DNA of 64,000 bases from Candidatus Acidiferrum sp. (GTDB taxonomy: Bacteria > Chloroflexota > Dormibacteria > CF-121): assembly GCA_035602395.1 (NCBI GenBank), contig DATNMH010000005.1:13009-77008 (forward strand), read 5' to 3'. The position numbers and the translations under genes were made by a program. Position 1 is the stretch's first letter. The number at the start of each line of letters is the position of its first letter. Shown here piece after piece: positions 1 to 8,522 of this stretch. Under the pieces are notes generated by a model. It had not been told where the DNA came from and did not search any database. It was given only the letters and a program-made list of their open reading frames with translations.

Positions 1-73
1 TGACCTCAAACCGCTCCTTCAGCATGTCAATGCCCGGCGGCGGCAGCGGCAGCGTGACGAAGACGCGGCTCAT
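1..73 (-). CDS. D-isomer-specific 2-hydroxyacid dehydrogenase family protein, N-terminal fragment (gene runs off window start)
   Basis: Reverse complement of 1-73 starts ATG (71-73) and encodes MSRVFVTLPLPPPGIDMLKERFEV, a typical N-terminus of glycerate/hydroxypyruvate-reductase-type dehydrogenases. ATGA overlap with the holB stop. Confidence 0.45.
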   Translation of the reverse strand, partial: MSRVFVTLPLPPPGIDMLKERFEV

Positions 74-1107
74 CTGGGACGCCGGATGCGCAGGTCGAGC
101 AGCATGACTTCCATGGCGAGCCGAGGATTCACATTCTGATCGATCAGGATCTGGGTCCGCTGCGCGGCGGCCAGCGCTGCACGAACATGGTCAGCCGGGA
201 CCCGCGCGATCCACGACTCCAGCGAGGACTGCCTGGCCGGGGGCATCGGTCGCAGGAGGCCGGCGCGCAGGAGCATCGCGTCGCGTAGAAACGCGGTGAA
301 GCCGCGAAGCGCGTCCGAGGCGACCCCGCGTATCTCGGCTTGCAGTCCCTGCCCGAAGCGGGCAGCGTAGCTAAGTACCCCATCAGCATCCTCGAACGCC
401 AGCGCCGACATCTCGTCCGCCCAGCGGTCCAGTCGCAATGCCCAATCCCGATCCGTCAGCGCCCGCACGGCCCACCCCGGGCGGCCGTCCGCCAGGCCGG
501 CGAGGGCTTCAGCTTCCGCTTCGTTGTCGTGGCGCGCCTTGATGAACTCCGCGAGAGCGGGCCGGCCGACCGCTGATAACGCGATCACCTGACAGCGCGA
601 TAGGCAGGTGGAGAGCAGATGATCCGGGTAAGCAGTCGTCAACACCAGCACCGTGTTGGGGGGCGGTTCCTCGAGGGTTTTCAGGAGGCAATTCTGGGCA
701 GCCTCGGTCATTCGCTCGGCGTTGGCCAGCAGCGCGACGCGAAGCGGGGCAACGAACGGTTTCAGGCTCAAGAACTGCTGCAATGACTGGTCGTGCGCGG
801 GCGCGCCGCGTTCGGGATGAAAGCGGATCTCGTCGATGCTGATCGCCTCCGGCCGATCATCACACCAGAAGTCGGGATGCACCTCGAGGCGCGATGGCTG
901 TCCCTCGCCCAGCAGGAGCTCTTCCGCCAGAGCACGGGCTACGGCAGTTTTACCTACCCCTTCCTCACCGATGAGGCAGTACGCGTGTGCCAGCCGGCCA
1001 GCCGCCTGATGTGCCCGCAGGATCGTGATCGCCCGTTGATGACCGGCGATGGCGGCGAATCCGCGCACGATGGTGGTCGGCCCTCGACGCGTTCGTGCTG
1101 CTGGCAT
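70..1107 (-). CDS. holB: DNA polymerase III delta-prime subunit
   Basis: 345 aa. Walker A GEEGVGKT and clamp-loader box LLKTLEEPP. Confidence 0.85.
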   Translation of the reverse strand: MPAARTRRGPTTIVRGFAAIAGHQRAITILRAHQAAGRLAHAYCLIGEEGVGKTAVARALAEELLLGEGQPSRLEVHPDFWCDDRPEAISIDEIRFHPERGAPAHDQSLQQFLSLKPFVAPLRVALLANAERMTEAAQNCLLKTLEEPPPNTVLVLTTAYPDHLLSTCLSRCQVIALSAVGRPALAEFIKARHDNEAEAEALAGLADGRPGWAVRALTDRDWALRLDRWADEMSALAFEDADGVLSYAARFGQGLQAEIRGVASDALRGFTAFLRDAMLLRAGLLRPMPPARQSSLESWIARVPADHVRAALAAAQRTQILIDQNVNPRLAMEVMLLDLRIRRPR

Positions 1108-1254
1108 TGCCTAGCCACCTTAACAAGTCTTTCCTTGACCCGGGTCATAAGCCACTCCTATGCTGTGGGCGTTTCCGACAGCGAGGCTGTCAAGCTTGGA
1201 GACACCGTCGTCCGTCGTCAGTCGCGTCGAAGCTCACGTCACAGCAGCACACTG

Positions 1255-1392
1255 ATGGATGCGGAAGACACCCAGAAGCAGAACAAGATCCGGGAACTAC
1301 AGGCAGTGGTCGCGAAAGGCCTGAAAGGCATCAACGAATGCCGCTTCCAGACCGATTGCGAGTTTGCCCACGAATGTCCCGGTACCTGCTGA
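1255..1392 (+). CDS. putative small Cys-rich peptide (45 aa), speculative
   Basis: ATG..TGA ORF in the 390-bp holB/arsR intergenic region: MDAEDTQKQNKIRELQAVVAKGLKGINECRFQTDCEFAHECPGTC (C-x5-C-x5-C-x3-C). A 7-bp GC hairpin (TCGCGCG ccga CGCGCGA) follows. GC3 is lower than in neighbouring genes and there is no clear SD. Confidence 0.2.
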   Translation: MDAEDTQKQNKIRELQAVVAKGLKGINECRFQTDCEFAHECPGTC

Positions 1393-1460
1393 CCCACTAG
1401 CGCCTGCGTCGCGCGCCGACGCGCGAAGACTCATTGCTGCAGCACGCGCGCCGCCTCCAT

Positions 1461-1486
1461 TTGCAGGAATCAGGGCGTGCTATAAT
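1461..1486 (+). promoter_or_regulatory. sigma70-like promoter (TTGCAG-N14-TATAAT) about 19 nt upstream of the arsR-family gene
   Basis: Perfect TATAAT at 1481-1486 in an AT-richer spacer. The -35 spacing is short, so the element assignment is tentative. The downstream ATG at 1505 has essentially no SD, so the transcript is short-leader or leaderless. Confidence 0.35.
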
Positions 1487-1504
1487 CCATAAAGAATCCT
1501 TTAT

Positions 1505-1849
1505 ATGACCTCACCAACCCTGCTCACCAATCCCTCCCTGCGCGAGTTTCGGGCCCATTACCAGGCGCTCGCCAGCGTCACGCGCCTGCGCATCCTCCAG
1601 TTCCTGGCCGGGATCCCGGAGATCACGGTGCTCGAGCTCGCGGACGCGATTGGCATCAGCCAGCCACGACTGAGCTGGCATCTGCGGATGCTGCGCCGAG
1701 GCCAGCTGGTGCGCGCCCGCCGCGTGGGACGCGCTGTCTACTACTCACTCAACCGGGAAGGCCTGAGTGCCTTCCATCGAGAACTGACGACTCTGATCGC
1801 GCCCCGACCGCGGGTTCGGGCGCTGCAACATGAATGGAGCGAGGTGTAG
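1505..1849 (+). CDS. ArsR/SmtB family transcriptional regulator
   Basis: 114 aa with a winged-HTH signature (RLRILQFL..., ISQPRLSWHLRML). First gene of the inositol-lipid operon. Confidence 0.8.
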   Translation: MTSPTLLTNPSLREFRAHYQALASVTRLRILQFLAGIPEITVLELADAIGISQPRLSWHLRMLRRGQLVRARRVGRAVYYSLNREGLSAFHRELTTLIAPRPRVRALQHEWSEV

Positions 1850-1855
1850 TAAGCG

Positions 1856-3073
1856 ATGGCAAGCAAGAACGGTAACGGTAGTCGACACAATGGAAAGGCA
1901 GCGGCGACGACGACCCAGAAGGCCAGTTCGCGGTCCCGGCGCAAGGTGCGGGTCGCGATCCTGGGCGTGGGCAACTGCGCCTCGTCGCTGGTCCAGGGGG
2001 TTGAGTATTACAAGGATGCGAAGCCCGGCGCCTCGATTCCAGGGCTGATGCACGTCGAGCTGGGCGGCTATCACATCCGCGACATCGAGTTCTCGGCCGC
2101 CTTCGACATCGACAAGGAAAAAGTCGGCAAGGACCTGGCCGACGCCATCTTCGCCGGCCACAACAACACGGTGAAGTTCTCCGAGGTACCCCACCTGGGG
2201 GTCAAGGTCGAACGGGGCATGACCCACGACGGGTTGGGCAAATACCTGTCCGAGATCATCACCAAAGCGCCCGGTCCGACCGCCGACATCGTCGGCATCC
2301 TCAAAGCCACCAAGACCGACGTCGTGGTGAACTACCTGCCGGTGGGCAGCGAGGAAGCGGTGAAGTGGTACGCGGAGCAGGTGCTCGAGGCCGGCTGTGC
2401 CTTCGTCAACTGCATGCCGGTGTTCCTGGCGCGCGAACCGTACTGGCGCGGACGCTTCGAGAAGCGGGGCATCCCCATCATCGGCGACGACATCAAGTCG
2501 CAGGTGGGTGCGACCATCGTCCATCGCATCCTGACGCGGCTGTTCGAGGATCGAGGCGTCAAGCTGGAGCGGACGTATCAGCTGAACTTTGGCGGCAACA
2601 CCGACTTCCTCAACATGCTGGAGCGGGAACGCCTCGTCTCCAAGAAGATCTCCAAGACGAACAGCGTCAAGTCGCAAATGAAGACCGATATCGGCGCCGA
2701 CAACATCCACATCGGCCCGTCGGATTACGTGCCCTGGCTTGGCGATCGCAAGTGGGCCTACATCCGGCTGGAGGGTCGCTCCTTTGGCGATGTGCCGCTC
2801 AACGTCGAACTCAAGCTCGAGGTCTGGGACTCGCCCAACTCGGCCGGGGTGGTGATCGACGCCATCCGCTGCTGCAAGCTCGGCCTCGACCGGAAGCTGG
2901 GCGGGGCGCTCGAAGGGCCTTCGTCATACTTCATGAAGTCGCCGCCGGCGCAGTACACGGATGGAGTTGCCCATCAATTGACCGAAGCCTTCATCGCCGA
3001 CACCAGCGTCAACGGGGAAACCGCGACCGAGGTCCAGGCAGTGTCGGCGCCCGAAGGGTCCGCCCGCCGATAA
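1856..3073 (+). CDS. ino1: myo-inositol-1-phosphate synthase (inositol-3-phosphate synthase)
   Basis: 405 aa with an NAD-binding [12 protein letters not shown] motif and prokaryotic MIPS-like sequence throughout. Confidence 0.9.
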   Translation: MASKNGNGSRHNGKAAATTTQKASSRSRRKVRVAILGVGNCASSLVQGVEYYKDAKPGASIPGLMHVELGGYHIRDIEFSAAFDIDKEKVGKDLADAIFAGHNNTVKFSEVPHLGVKVERGMTHDGLGKYLSEIITKAPGPTADIVGILKATKTDVVVNYLPVGSEEAVKWYAEQVLEAGCAFVNCMPVFLAREPYWRGRFEKRGIPIIGDDIKSQVGATIVHRILTRLFEDRGVKLERTYQLNFGGNTDFLNMLERERLVSKKISKTNSVKSQMKTDIGADNIHIGPSDYVPWLGDRKWAYIRLEGRSFGDVPLNVELKLEVWDSPNSAGVVIDAIRCCKLGLDRKLGGALEGPSSYFMKSPPAQYTDGVAHQLTEAFIADTSVNGETATEVQAVSAPEGSARR

Positions 3074-3990
3074 TGTTCCTTCCTCGCCTCTTCAGGCTGG
3101 GGAACTGGGTCATGCGGGCGCTGCCGCCGCGGGTACGGTACCCGCTGGCGGCGGTCACCGGCCGCTGCGCCTTCTACTTGATGCCGCGGCGCCGCCGGGT
3201 TGCCTTCGACAACTTTGCCCAGGTGCTGGGACTGCCCTGGAATGACCCCCTGGTAAAGCGCACCGCCCATCATGCCTTTGGCAACTACTTCAAGATGTTC
3301 GCCGATTTCATGCTGATGGACACGCTGAAGCCCGAGGAGATTCGCCGCATGGTCCGACCCCATGGTGTCGAGCAGATCGATCGGGTCCTCGCGCAAGGCA
3401 AGGGCGCCATCGTCGTGACGGCGCACGTCTCCAACTGGGACATCCTGGCCGCCGCGGCGGCGGTCTACGGGTATCCCATCAGCGCCGTGACGAGCGATCT
3501 CCCGAGCGGCGGCATCAACGAGCTGATGATCGCGTCGCGCGAGCGGATCGGAATGAAAATGATCCCCCTGGGTCCTGGTAGCCCCCGGCAGATCCTCAAG
3601 GCGCTGGCTCGCAACGAGCTAGTGGCTCTGGCGAGCGACCTGTACAGTGGTGAACGTGGCGTCCGGGTGCCCTTCTTCAACCGGCCGGCGCTCTTCCCGT
3701 CGGGGCCGGCGGCCATCGCGTTGAAGACCGGCGCGCCGATTCTGCCGGTCTGGTGCCGGCGCCAGACCGATAATGTCTACGTCGCCGAGATCGAGGCGCC
3801 CATCGAGGTCAGCCGGACGGGCGACACGCCGCGTGACATCCAGGTGACCACCGAGCGGATCGTGCAATTCTTCGAGCGCATCATCCGCCGCGAACCCGAC
3901 CAATGGCTGGTCTTCCTCCCCGTCTGGCGCCTCGAGCCAGCGCCGCAGCCCCCCGGCTCGCCCATGGAACCGGTGCTCGACCCGTCGTGA
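3073..3990 (+). CDS. HtrB/LpxL-family lysophospholipid acyltransferase (PatA-like PIM acyltransferase candidate)
   Basis: Start ATG at 3073 overlaps the ino1 TAA (TAATG). HX4D acyltransferase motif (TAHVSNWD). The longer 541-aa ORF call is an out-of-frame N-terminal extension over ino1. Confidence 0.8.
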   Translation: MFLPRLFRLGNWVMRALPPRVRYPLAAVTGRCAFYLMPRRRRVAFDNFAQVLGLPWNDPLVKRTAHHAFGNYFKMFADFMLMDTLKPEEIRRMVRPHGVEQIDRVLAQGKGAIVVTAHVSNWDILAAAAAVYGYPISAVTSDLPSGGINELMIASRERIGMKMIPLGPGSPRQILKALARNELVALASDLYSGERGVRVPFFNRPALFPSGPAAIALKTGAPILPVWCRRQTDNVYVAEIEAPIEVSRTGDTPRDIQVTTERIVQFFERIIRREPDQWLVFLPVWRLEPAPQPPGSPMEPVLDPS

Positions 3991-4907
3991 TCACCTACCT
4001 CGGCTTTCGGCTGATCGAGGGTGTGATTGCCCGGCTGCCGCGCCGGCTTGCCTACGCCATCGGAGTCATCACCAGCACGATCGCATTTCCGCTCCTCGCC
4101 CGTCAGCGGAAGGCTCTCGAATCGAATCTGCACCACGTGTTTCCAGAAATGCCCGGCCCCCAGCTTCGCAAGCTGGCCTGGCGCAACTGGCTGAACTACA
4201 CCAAGGCCTGGATCGACTTCTTCAAGATTCCCCGGATGGACCGCCGGCGGCTCGGCGGGCTTTTGACCCCATATGGGTTGGACAACCTCGACGCGGCGAT
4301 GGCGCGTGGCCTGGGCGTGATCGTGGTCGCGCCGCACATGGGATCGTGGGAGCTGGCCGCCGCCAGCTGGGCCGCCACCTTCGGCGAGATCGGGGTCATG
4401 GTCGAGCAGATCGAACCGCGCCGGCTCTTCGATCACGTCTCGCGGGTCCGCTCGAAAATGAACCTCCGGATCATCCCGCTGAGCCGGACCGGGGCTCGCG
4501 ACATCATGAGGATGCTCAAAGATCACCGGATGGTCGTGCTCGCGATGGATCGGGACATCCTGAACACCGGCCAGCGATTCAAGTTCTTCGGCCGCCTCAC
4601 GTCCTTTCCGACCGGGCCGGTCGAGATCGCGCTAAAGACCGGCGCCCCCATCCTGCCGGCCTACTGCATCCGCGACGAGAACGACGCCTACATCGCCATC
4701 GGCGACACACCCATGTTTCTCACCCCAAGTGAAGATCACGCCGCCGACGTCCGAAGTGCCATGGAACAGATCCTGGCGACGTTTGAACGGTATATAAAGA
4801 AGTATCCCGACCAGTGGCACGTCCTCGAGCCCATCTGGCCGGAGGAGCCCGTCGTCCCGGTCGTCACCATTCCGTCACCGCCGGCACAAGCCGCTGTGGG
4901 CGATTAA
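3987..4907 (+). CDS. second HtrB/LpxL-family acyltransferase, paralogue of the upstream gene
   Basis: GTG at 3987 overlaps the upstream TGA (GTGA). HX4E variant motif (APHMGSWE). Same domain architecture as 3073-3990. Confidence 0.75.
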   Translation: MITYLGFRLIEGVIARLPRRLAYAIGVITSTIAFPLLARQRKALESNLHHVFPEMPGPQLRKLAWRNWLNYTKAWIDFFKIPRMDRRRLGGLLTPYGLDNLDAAMARGLGVIVVAPHMGSWELAAASWAATFGEIGVMVEQIEPRRLFDHVSRVRSKMNLRIIPLSRTGARDIMRMLKDHRMVVLAMDRDILNTGQRFKFFGRLTSFPTGPVEIALKTGAPILPAYCIRDENDAYIAIGDTPMFLTPSEDHAADVRSAMEQILATFERYIKKYPDQWHVLEPIWPEEPVVPVVTIPSPPAQAAVGD

Positions 4908-4917
4908 GGAGGAGTTC

Positions 4918-5643
4918 GTGGGCAAAGCGGATTTCCATATGCATACGTCCCTCAACGACGGGACGGCCACCGTCCGGGAGGTGCTGAACTACGTTCGCGA
5001 TCGCACCGACCTGGACGTGATCTCTATCACCGACCATGATCGGCTCACCGGGAGCTACCAGGCGATGGAGCTGGCCAACGAGTACAAGTTCGAGATCCTC
5101 CCCGGCTGCGAGATCACAACGCTCCACGGTCACCTGCTGGGCCTGTTCATCGATAAGCCGATCCCGATGTGGCGGCCGCTCGATTGGACCATCGCCAAGA
5201 TCCACGAGCAGGGCGGGCTGGCGATTGCTGTCCATCCGTTCTCCATGCTGACCCGCAGCATCGGCTTTCGCTCCTTCGATGGCATCATGAAGAACGCATC
5301 CCCCGAGATCTACTTCGACGCGGTCGAGACCTTCAACCCCTCGGTCGCGGGACGAACCTGCGCCGCCAAGATCGACCGGCTCAACCGGACGAAGTTCCAC
5401 CTGCCGGAGGTCGGCTGCTCCGACAGCCACCACCTGGAGGGAATCGGCACCGGGTTCACCGCCTTTCCCGGTAAGACCGCGCAGGACATGCGCAAGGCCA
5501 TCCTTAGCAGCCAGACCAAGGCCTTCGGCGAGTACTGGGATTTCATCACGCATCGCCGGATCGCGCAGCTCAAGTTCCGGCGGATCGGCCGCAACTGGGC
5601 TCGCATGGGACGGTCCGCTGTTCGCGCCTTCGCCAGAGGCTGA
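4918..5643 (+). CDS. PHP-domain metal-dependent phosphoesterase (candidate phosphatidylinositol-phosphate phosphatase)
   Basis: GTG start 4 nt after SD AAGGAGGAG. FHMHTSLNDG and ISITDHD PHP motifs. 241 aa. Confidence 0.8.
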   Translation: MGKADFHMHTSLNDGTATVREVLNYVRDRTDLDVISITDHDRLTGSYQAMELANEYKFEILPGCEITTLHGHLLGLFIDKPIPMWRPLDWTIAKIHEQGGLAIAVHPFSMLTRSIGFRSFDGIMKNASPEIYFDAVETFNPSVAGRTCAAKIDRLNRTKFHLPEVGCSDSHHLEGIGTGFTAFPGKTAQDMRKAILSSQTKAFGEYWDFITHRRIAQLKFRRIGRNWARMGRSAVRAFARG

Positions 5644-5670
5644 TTCGATGAAGGGAAGCGAATCGAAGCG

Positions 5671-6828
5671 ATGAAGATCGCCCTCGTGTCCGCCTACGAC
5701 TACGCACACCCCGGTGGTGTCACCGAGCATGTCCGTCACCTGGCCGCGGGGCTGCGGCGGCGCGGGCACGATGTCACGGTGTTCGCGCCGTGCTCGGACC
5801 GTGAATTAGCGGATCGCGACAGCGACTTCATCCGGGTTGGCCGCCCCTTCCCTATCCCGATGCACGGCTCGGTCGCCCGGATCACGGTCAGCCTGCACCT
5901 CACCAACCGCATCAAGCATTACGTCCGTGACAGTGGCTTCGACGTGATCCACTACCACGAGCCGCTGATGCCGGTCCTACCGGTGACAGCCCTGCGCTAC
6001 TCCAAGACCATCAACGTCGGCACCTTCCACGCCTTCGCCCGCTCCAACGTCGGCTACTACTACGGCAAGCCGCTGCTCAAGCGATACGTGCGCCGGCTGC
6101 ATATGCGGATCGCCGTCTCGAACCCGGCGCGCGAGTTCGTCCGGCACTATTTCCCGGGCGATTACCGGGTCATTCCGAACGGCATCGACGTCAGCCGCTT
6201 CCAGAATCAGCCGCCCTACCCGGAGCTACGCGACGGCATGGTCAACCTGCTGTTCGTCGGCCGGCTCGAGTACCGCAAGGGGCTCGGCTACCTGCTGCGC
6301 GCCTTTGCCCAGCTGAAACCGCAGTATCCGAAGCTGCGGCTGATCATTGTCGGCGATGGGCCGCTGCGACGCTGGTATGGCAACTTCCTGGCGCGCAAAC
6401 AGCTGGACGACGTGGTGATGGCCGGCTACGTCTCGCCGGAAGAGCTGCCTCGGTATTACGCCAGTTGCGACATCTTCTGCAGCCCGGCGACCGGGGACGA
6501 GAGCTTTGGCATCGTCCTGCTGGAGGCGATGGCCTCCGGGAAGCCAATCGTCGCCACCAGCATCGACGGCTTCCGCGAAGTCGTCACCCACGGCCGCGAA
6601 GGCCTGCTCGTCGAACGCAAGAGCCGCCGCCAGCTGGAGTACGCGCTGCAGACTTTGATCAACAACGCCGCGCTGCGCCAGGAGATGGGGCAGGCCGGGA
6701 TCCTCACCGCCGGCCGCTACGACTGGGAACGCGTCATCGACGAGGTCACCGACGTCTACAAGCAGGCAAAAGACCAGGCGCAGCCGGCGCCCTCGGTTCG
6801 GCTCGAGCCGAGCCTGAGCCCGCGCTGA
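5671..6828 (+). CDS. GT4 family glycosyltransferase, PimA-like phosphatidylinositol mannosyltransferase
   Basis: 385 aa. N-terminus MKIALVSAYDYAHPGGVTEHVRHLA..GHDVTVFAP closely parallels mycobacterial PimA. GT-B C-terminal EAMASGKP motif. Confidence 0.85.
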   Translation: MKIALVSAYDYAHPGGVTEHVRHLAAGLRRRGHDVTVFAPCSDRELADRDSDFIRVGRPFPIPMHGSVARITVSLHLTNRIKHYVRDSGFDVIHYHEPLMPVLPVTALRYSKTINVGTFHAFARSNVGYYYGKPLLKRYVRRLHMRIAVSNPAREFVRHYFPGDYRVIPNGIDVSRFQNQPPYPELRDGMVNLLFVGRLEYRKGLGYLLRAFAQLKPQYPKLRLIIVGDGPLRRWYGNFLARKQLDDVVMAGYVSPEELPRYYASCDIFCSPATGDESFGIVLLEAMASGKPIVATSIDGFREVVTHGREGLLVERKSRRQLEYALQTLINNAALRQEMGQAGILTAGRYDWERVIDEVTDVYKQAKDQAQPAPSVRLEPSLSPR

Positions 6829-7550
6829 TGTTTACCCAGAAATTCCAGGCCTGGGTGCGCCGCTGGGCGGAGCGCGGCCTCGGCATCTTCCGCGAATCCC
6901 CGATCACGCCCAACATGCTGACGCTTTTCGGCCTGCTGATCACCGGCGTCGGCGCCGGCCTGGTCGCCGTCAACCAGCTGCTCATCGGCGGCCTGGTGTT
7001 GATGGTCGCCGGCTTCTTCGACATCTTCGACGGGGCGCTCGCCCGCGCTTCGGGCAAGGTCTACCGTTACGGGGCCTTTCTCGACTCGACGGTCGACCGC
7101 TACTCGGAGGGCGTCGTCTACCTCGGCATCCTCATCTATTTCCTCCAGCAGCACGACGGATTCAGGCCCATTCTCGTCTTGATCGCAATGGCCGGATCGT
7201 TCCTGGTGAGCTACGTGCGGGCCCGCGCCCAGAGCCTCGGCTTCACCTGCGACGTGGGCATCCTCGCGCGGCCCGAGCGGGTCGTGATCATCGTCGCCGG
7301 CCTGCTGCTCGAATCGATCGGCATCAGGGTCGGGTCCTGGTCGCCCTTGACGGTGGCGCTGCTGATCCTAGCCGTCGGCACCAACTTCACCGCCGTGCAG
7401 CGCGTCTGGGTCGTCTGGCAGCAAAACCGGGCCGAGCTGCGGACCCTGCGCGGCGAGGATGCGGTCGCCAGCAGCCTCGACCATCCGGGCGAGCCCCAAC
7501 CGGTTCGGGCGGCGATGCGGCGCTTTTTCGAAAACCTCGGCAAGACCTAG
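6828..7550 (+). CDS. CDP-alcohol phosphatidyltransferase (phosphatidylinositol-phosphate synthase-like)
   Basis: ATG at 6828 overlaps the pimA-like TGA (ATGA). D-G-x2-A-R-x8-G-x3-D-x3-D motif (DIFDGALARASGKVYRYGAFLDSTVDRYSE). Multi-TM protein. Confidence 0.85.
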   Translation: MFTQKFQAWVRRWAERGLGIFRESPITPNMLTLFGLLITGVGAGLVAVNQLLIGGLVLMVAGFFDIFDGALARASGKVYRYGAFLDSTVDRYSEGVVYLGILIYFLQQHDGFRPILVLIAMAGSFLVSYVRARAQSLGFTCDVGILARPERVVIIVAGLLLESIGIRVGSWSPLTVALLILAVGTNFTAVQRVWVVWQQNRAELRTLRGEDAVASSLDHPGEPQPVRAAMRRFFENLGKT

Positions 7551-7590
7551 CCGCTCAAACGTCGATGTCTAGGGTTGCGGGATTTCCCGC

Positions 7591-7989
7591 ATGTATCATG
7601 TGGGCGTGCAGGTCGCCATCTACGCCGACAACGATCCGGGCGGCAAGAAGTTCATCGCCACCCTGAAGCGGCGCCTGAAGAATGAAGAGATCCGCGCCTG
7701 GCAGATCCAGAAGTTAGCGCCCTTCACCCTGATCCATGCCGGCGATCGCTACACCAAGATCAAAGTGACGTTCGTCCCGGCCGGCACCCCGAGCTTCACC
7801 CGTGCCGCCCGCGCCGGCCTGCTCGGCGCCTTCAAGACTCCCGAGCCGACGCTGCTCGCCACCATCTCGGACGGCCCGTCGGCCGATCGCGTGCTCGGCT
7901 TCGTGGTCGGCATGCTCACGCGCCACGCCGAGCCGCTGGGTGTGGCCGGCGTCGGCATCCCATTGACCGGGTCCGCCTCGCGCCGCTAA
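7591..7989 (+). CDS. hypothetical protein, possible small Toprim-like domain
   Basis: 132-aa ORF with coding-like codon usage. AIYADNDPGGKKF resembles a Toprim DxD/G motif, but this is weak. Confidence 0.4.
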   Translation: MYHVGVQVAIYADNDPGGKKFIATLKRRLKNEEIRAWQIQKLAPFTLIHAGDRYTKIKVTFVPAGTPSFTRAARAGLLGAFKTPEPTLLATISDGPSADRVLGFVVGMLTRHAEPLGVAGVGIPLTGSASRR

Positions 7990-8522
7990 CTCGTTTCGGT
8001 TTCCGTGGCGATCCCGCCGCGGAGGCCAAAGAGGTGCTTCTGCCAGGCGAGGTAGATCACAATCGCCACGTTGATCAACAGGATGCTGATGCGGACCGGC
8101 GTCTGGCGGTTGAGCACTTCGGAGACTTCGAACGGGATACCGATGCACCCGGCGATCACCGTGAGGTACTCGGCCCATCGCCGGCGGCGTGCCAGTCCGA
8201 TCGCTTCCGTCAGTTCCAGCATTCCGAAGAGCAGCGCGCCGATCCCGATCAGCACGACGGTTCGCGTTGAAAATTGGCCGACGGGGCGAAGCACCGTGCC
8301 CAGGATCCGTGGAATCAGCCGGCGCTCGGGGTTGACGTCGAGCTCGGCTACCCACTGGCGGACCAGCGACACCACACTGCGGCTCCGCGTCAGCAAGGCG
8401 ACGCCGAGAATGAACACCAGGCTGCCACGGATGGCGCGCTCCAGGATGATCAAGCGCACGATCGTGTCGACCGGTTGGGTTTCTCGGCCGAGCTCGCGCT
8501 TGACCTTTTGCCAGCGGGTCAC
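7986..8522 (-). CDS. DUF2127-like integral membrane protein
   Basis: 178 aa with 4 predicted TM segments. 4-nt overlap with the upstream gene. Confidence 0.55.
   Translation of the reverse strand: MTRWQKVKRELGRETQPVDTIVRLIILERAIRGSLVFILGVALLTRSRSVVSLVRQWVAELDVNPERRLIPRILGTVLRPVGQFSTRTVVLIGIGALLFGMLELTEAIGLARRRRWAEYLTVIAGCIGIPFEVSEVLNRQTPVRISILLINVAIVIYLAWQKHLFGLRGGIATETETS

Noticed and set aside
793-1392. 199-aa + strand ORF overlapping holB antisense
   Set aside because: It is Arg/Ala/Pro-rich, as is typical of antisense frames in high-GC DNA, and lies entirely inside the well-supported holB gene. Only its intergenic tail (1255-1392) is considered, as a separate small ORF.
2365-3072. N-terminal 236 aa of the 541-aa ORF 2365-3990
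   Set aside because: It is out-of-frame read-through over ino1. The acyltransferase homology begins at ATG 3073, which overlaps the ino1 stop.
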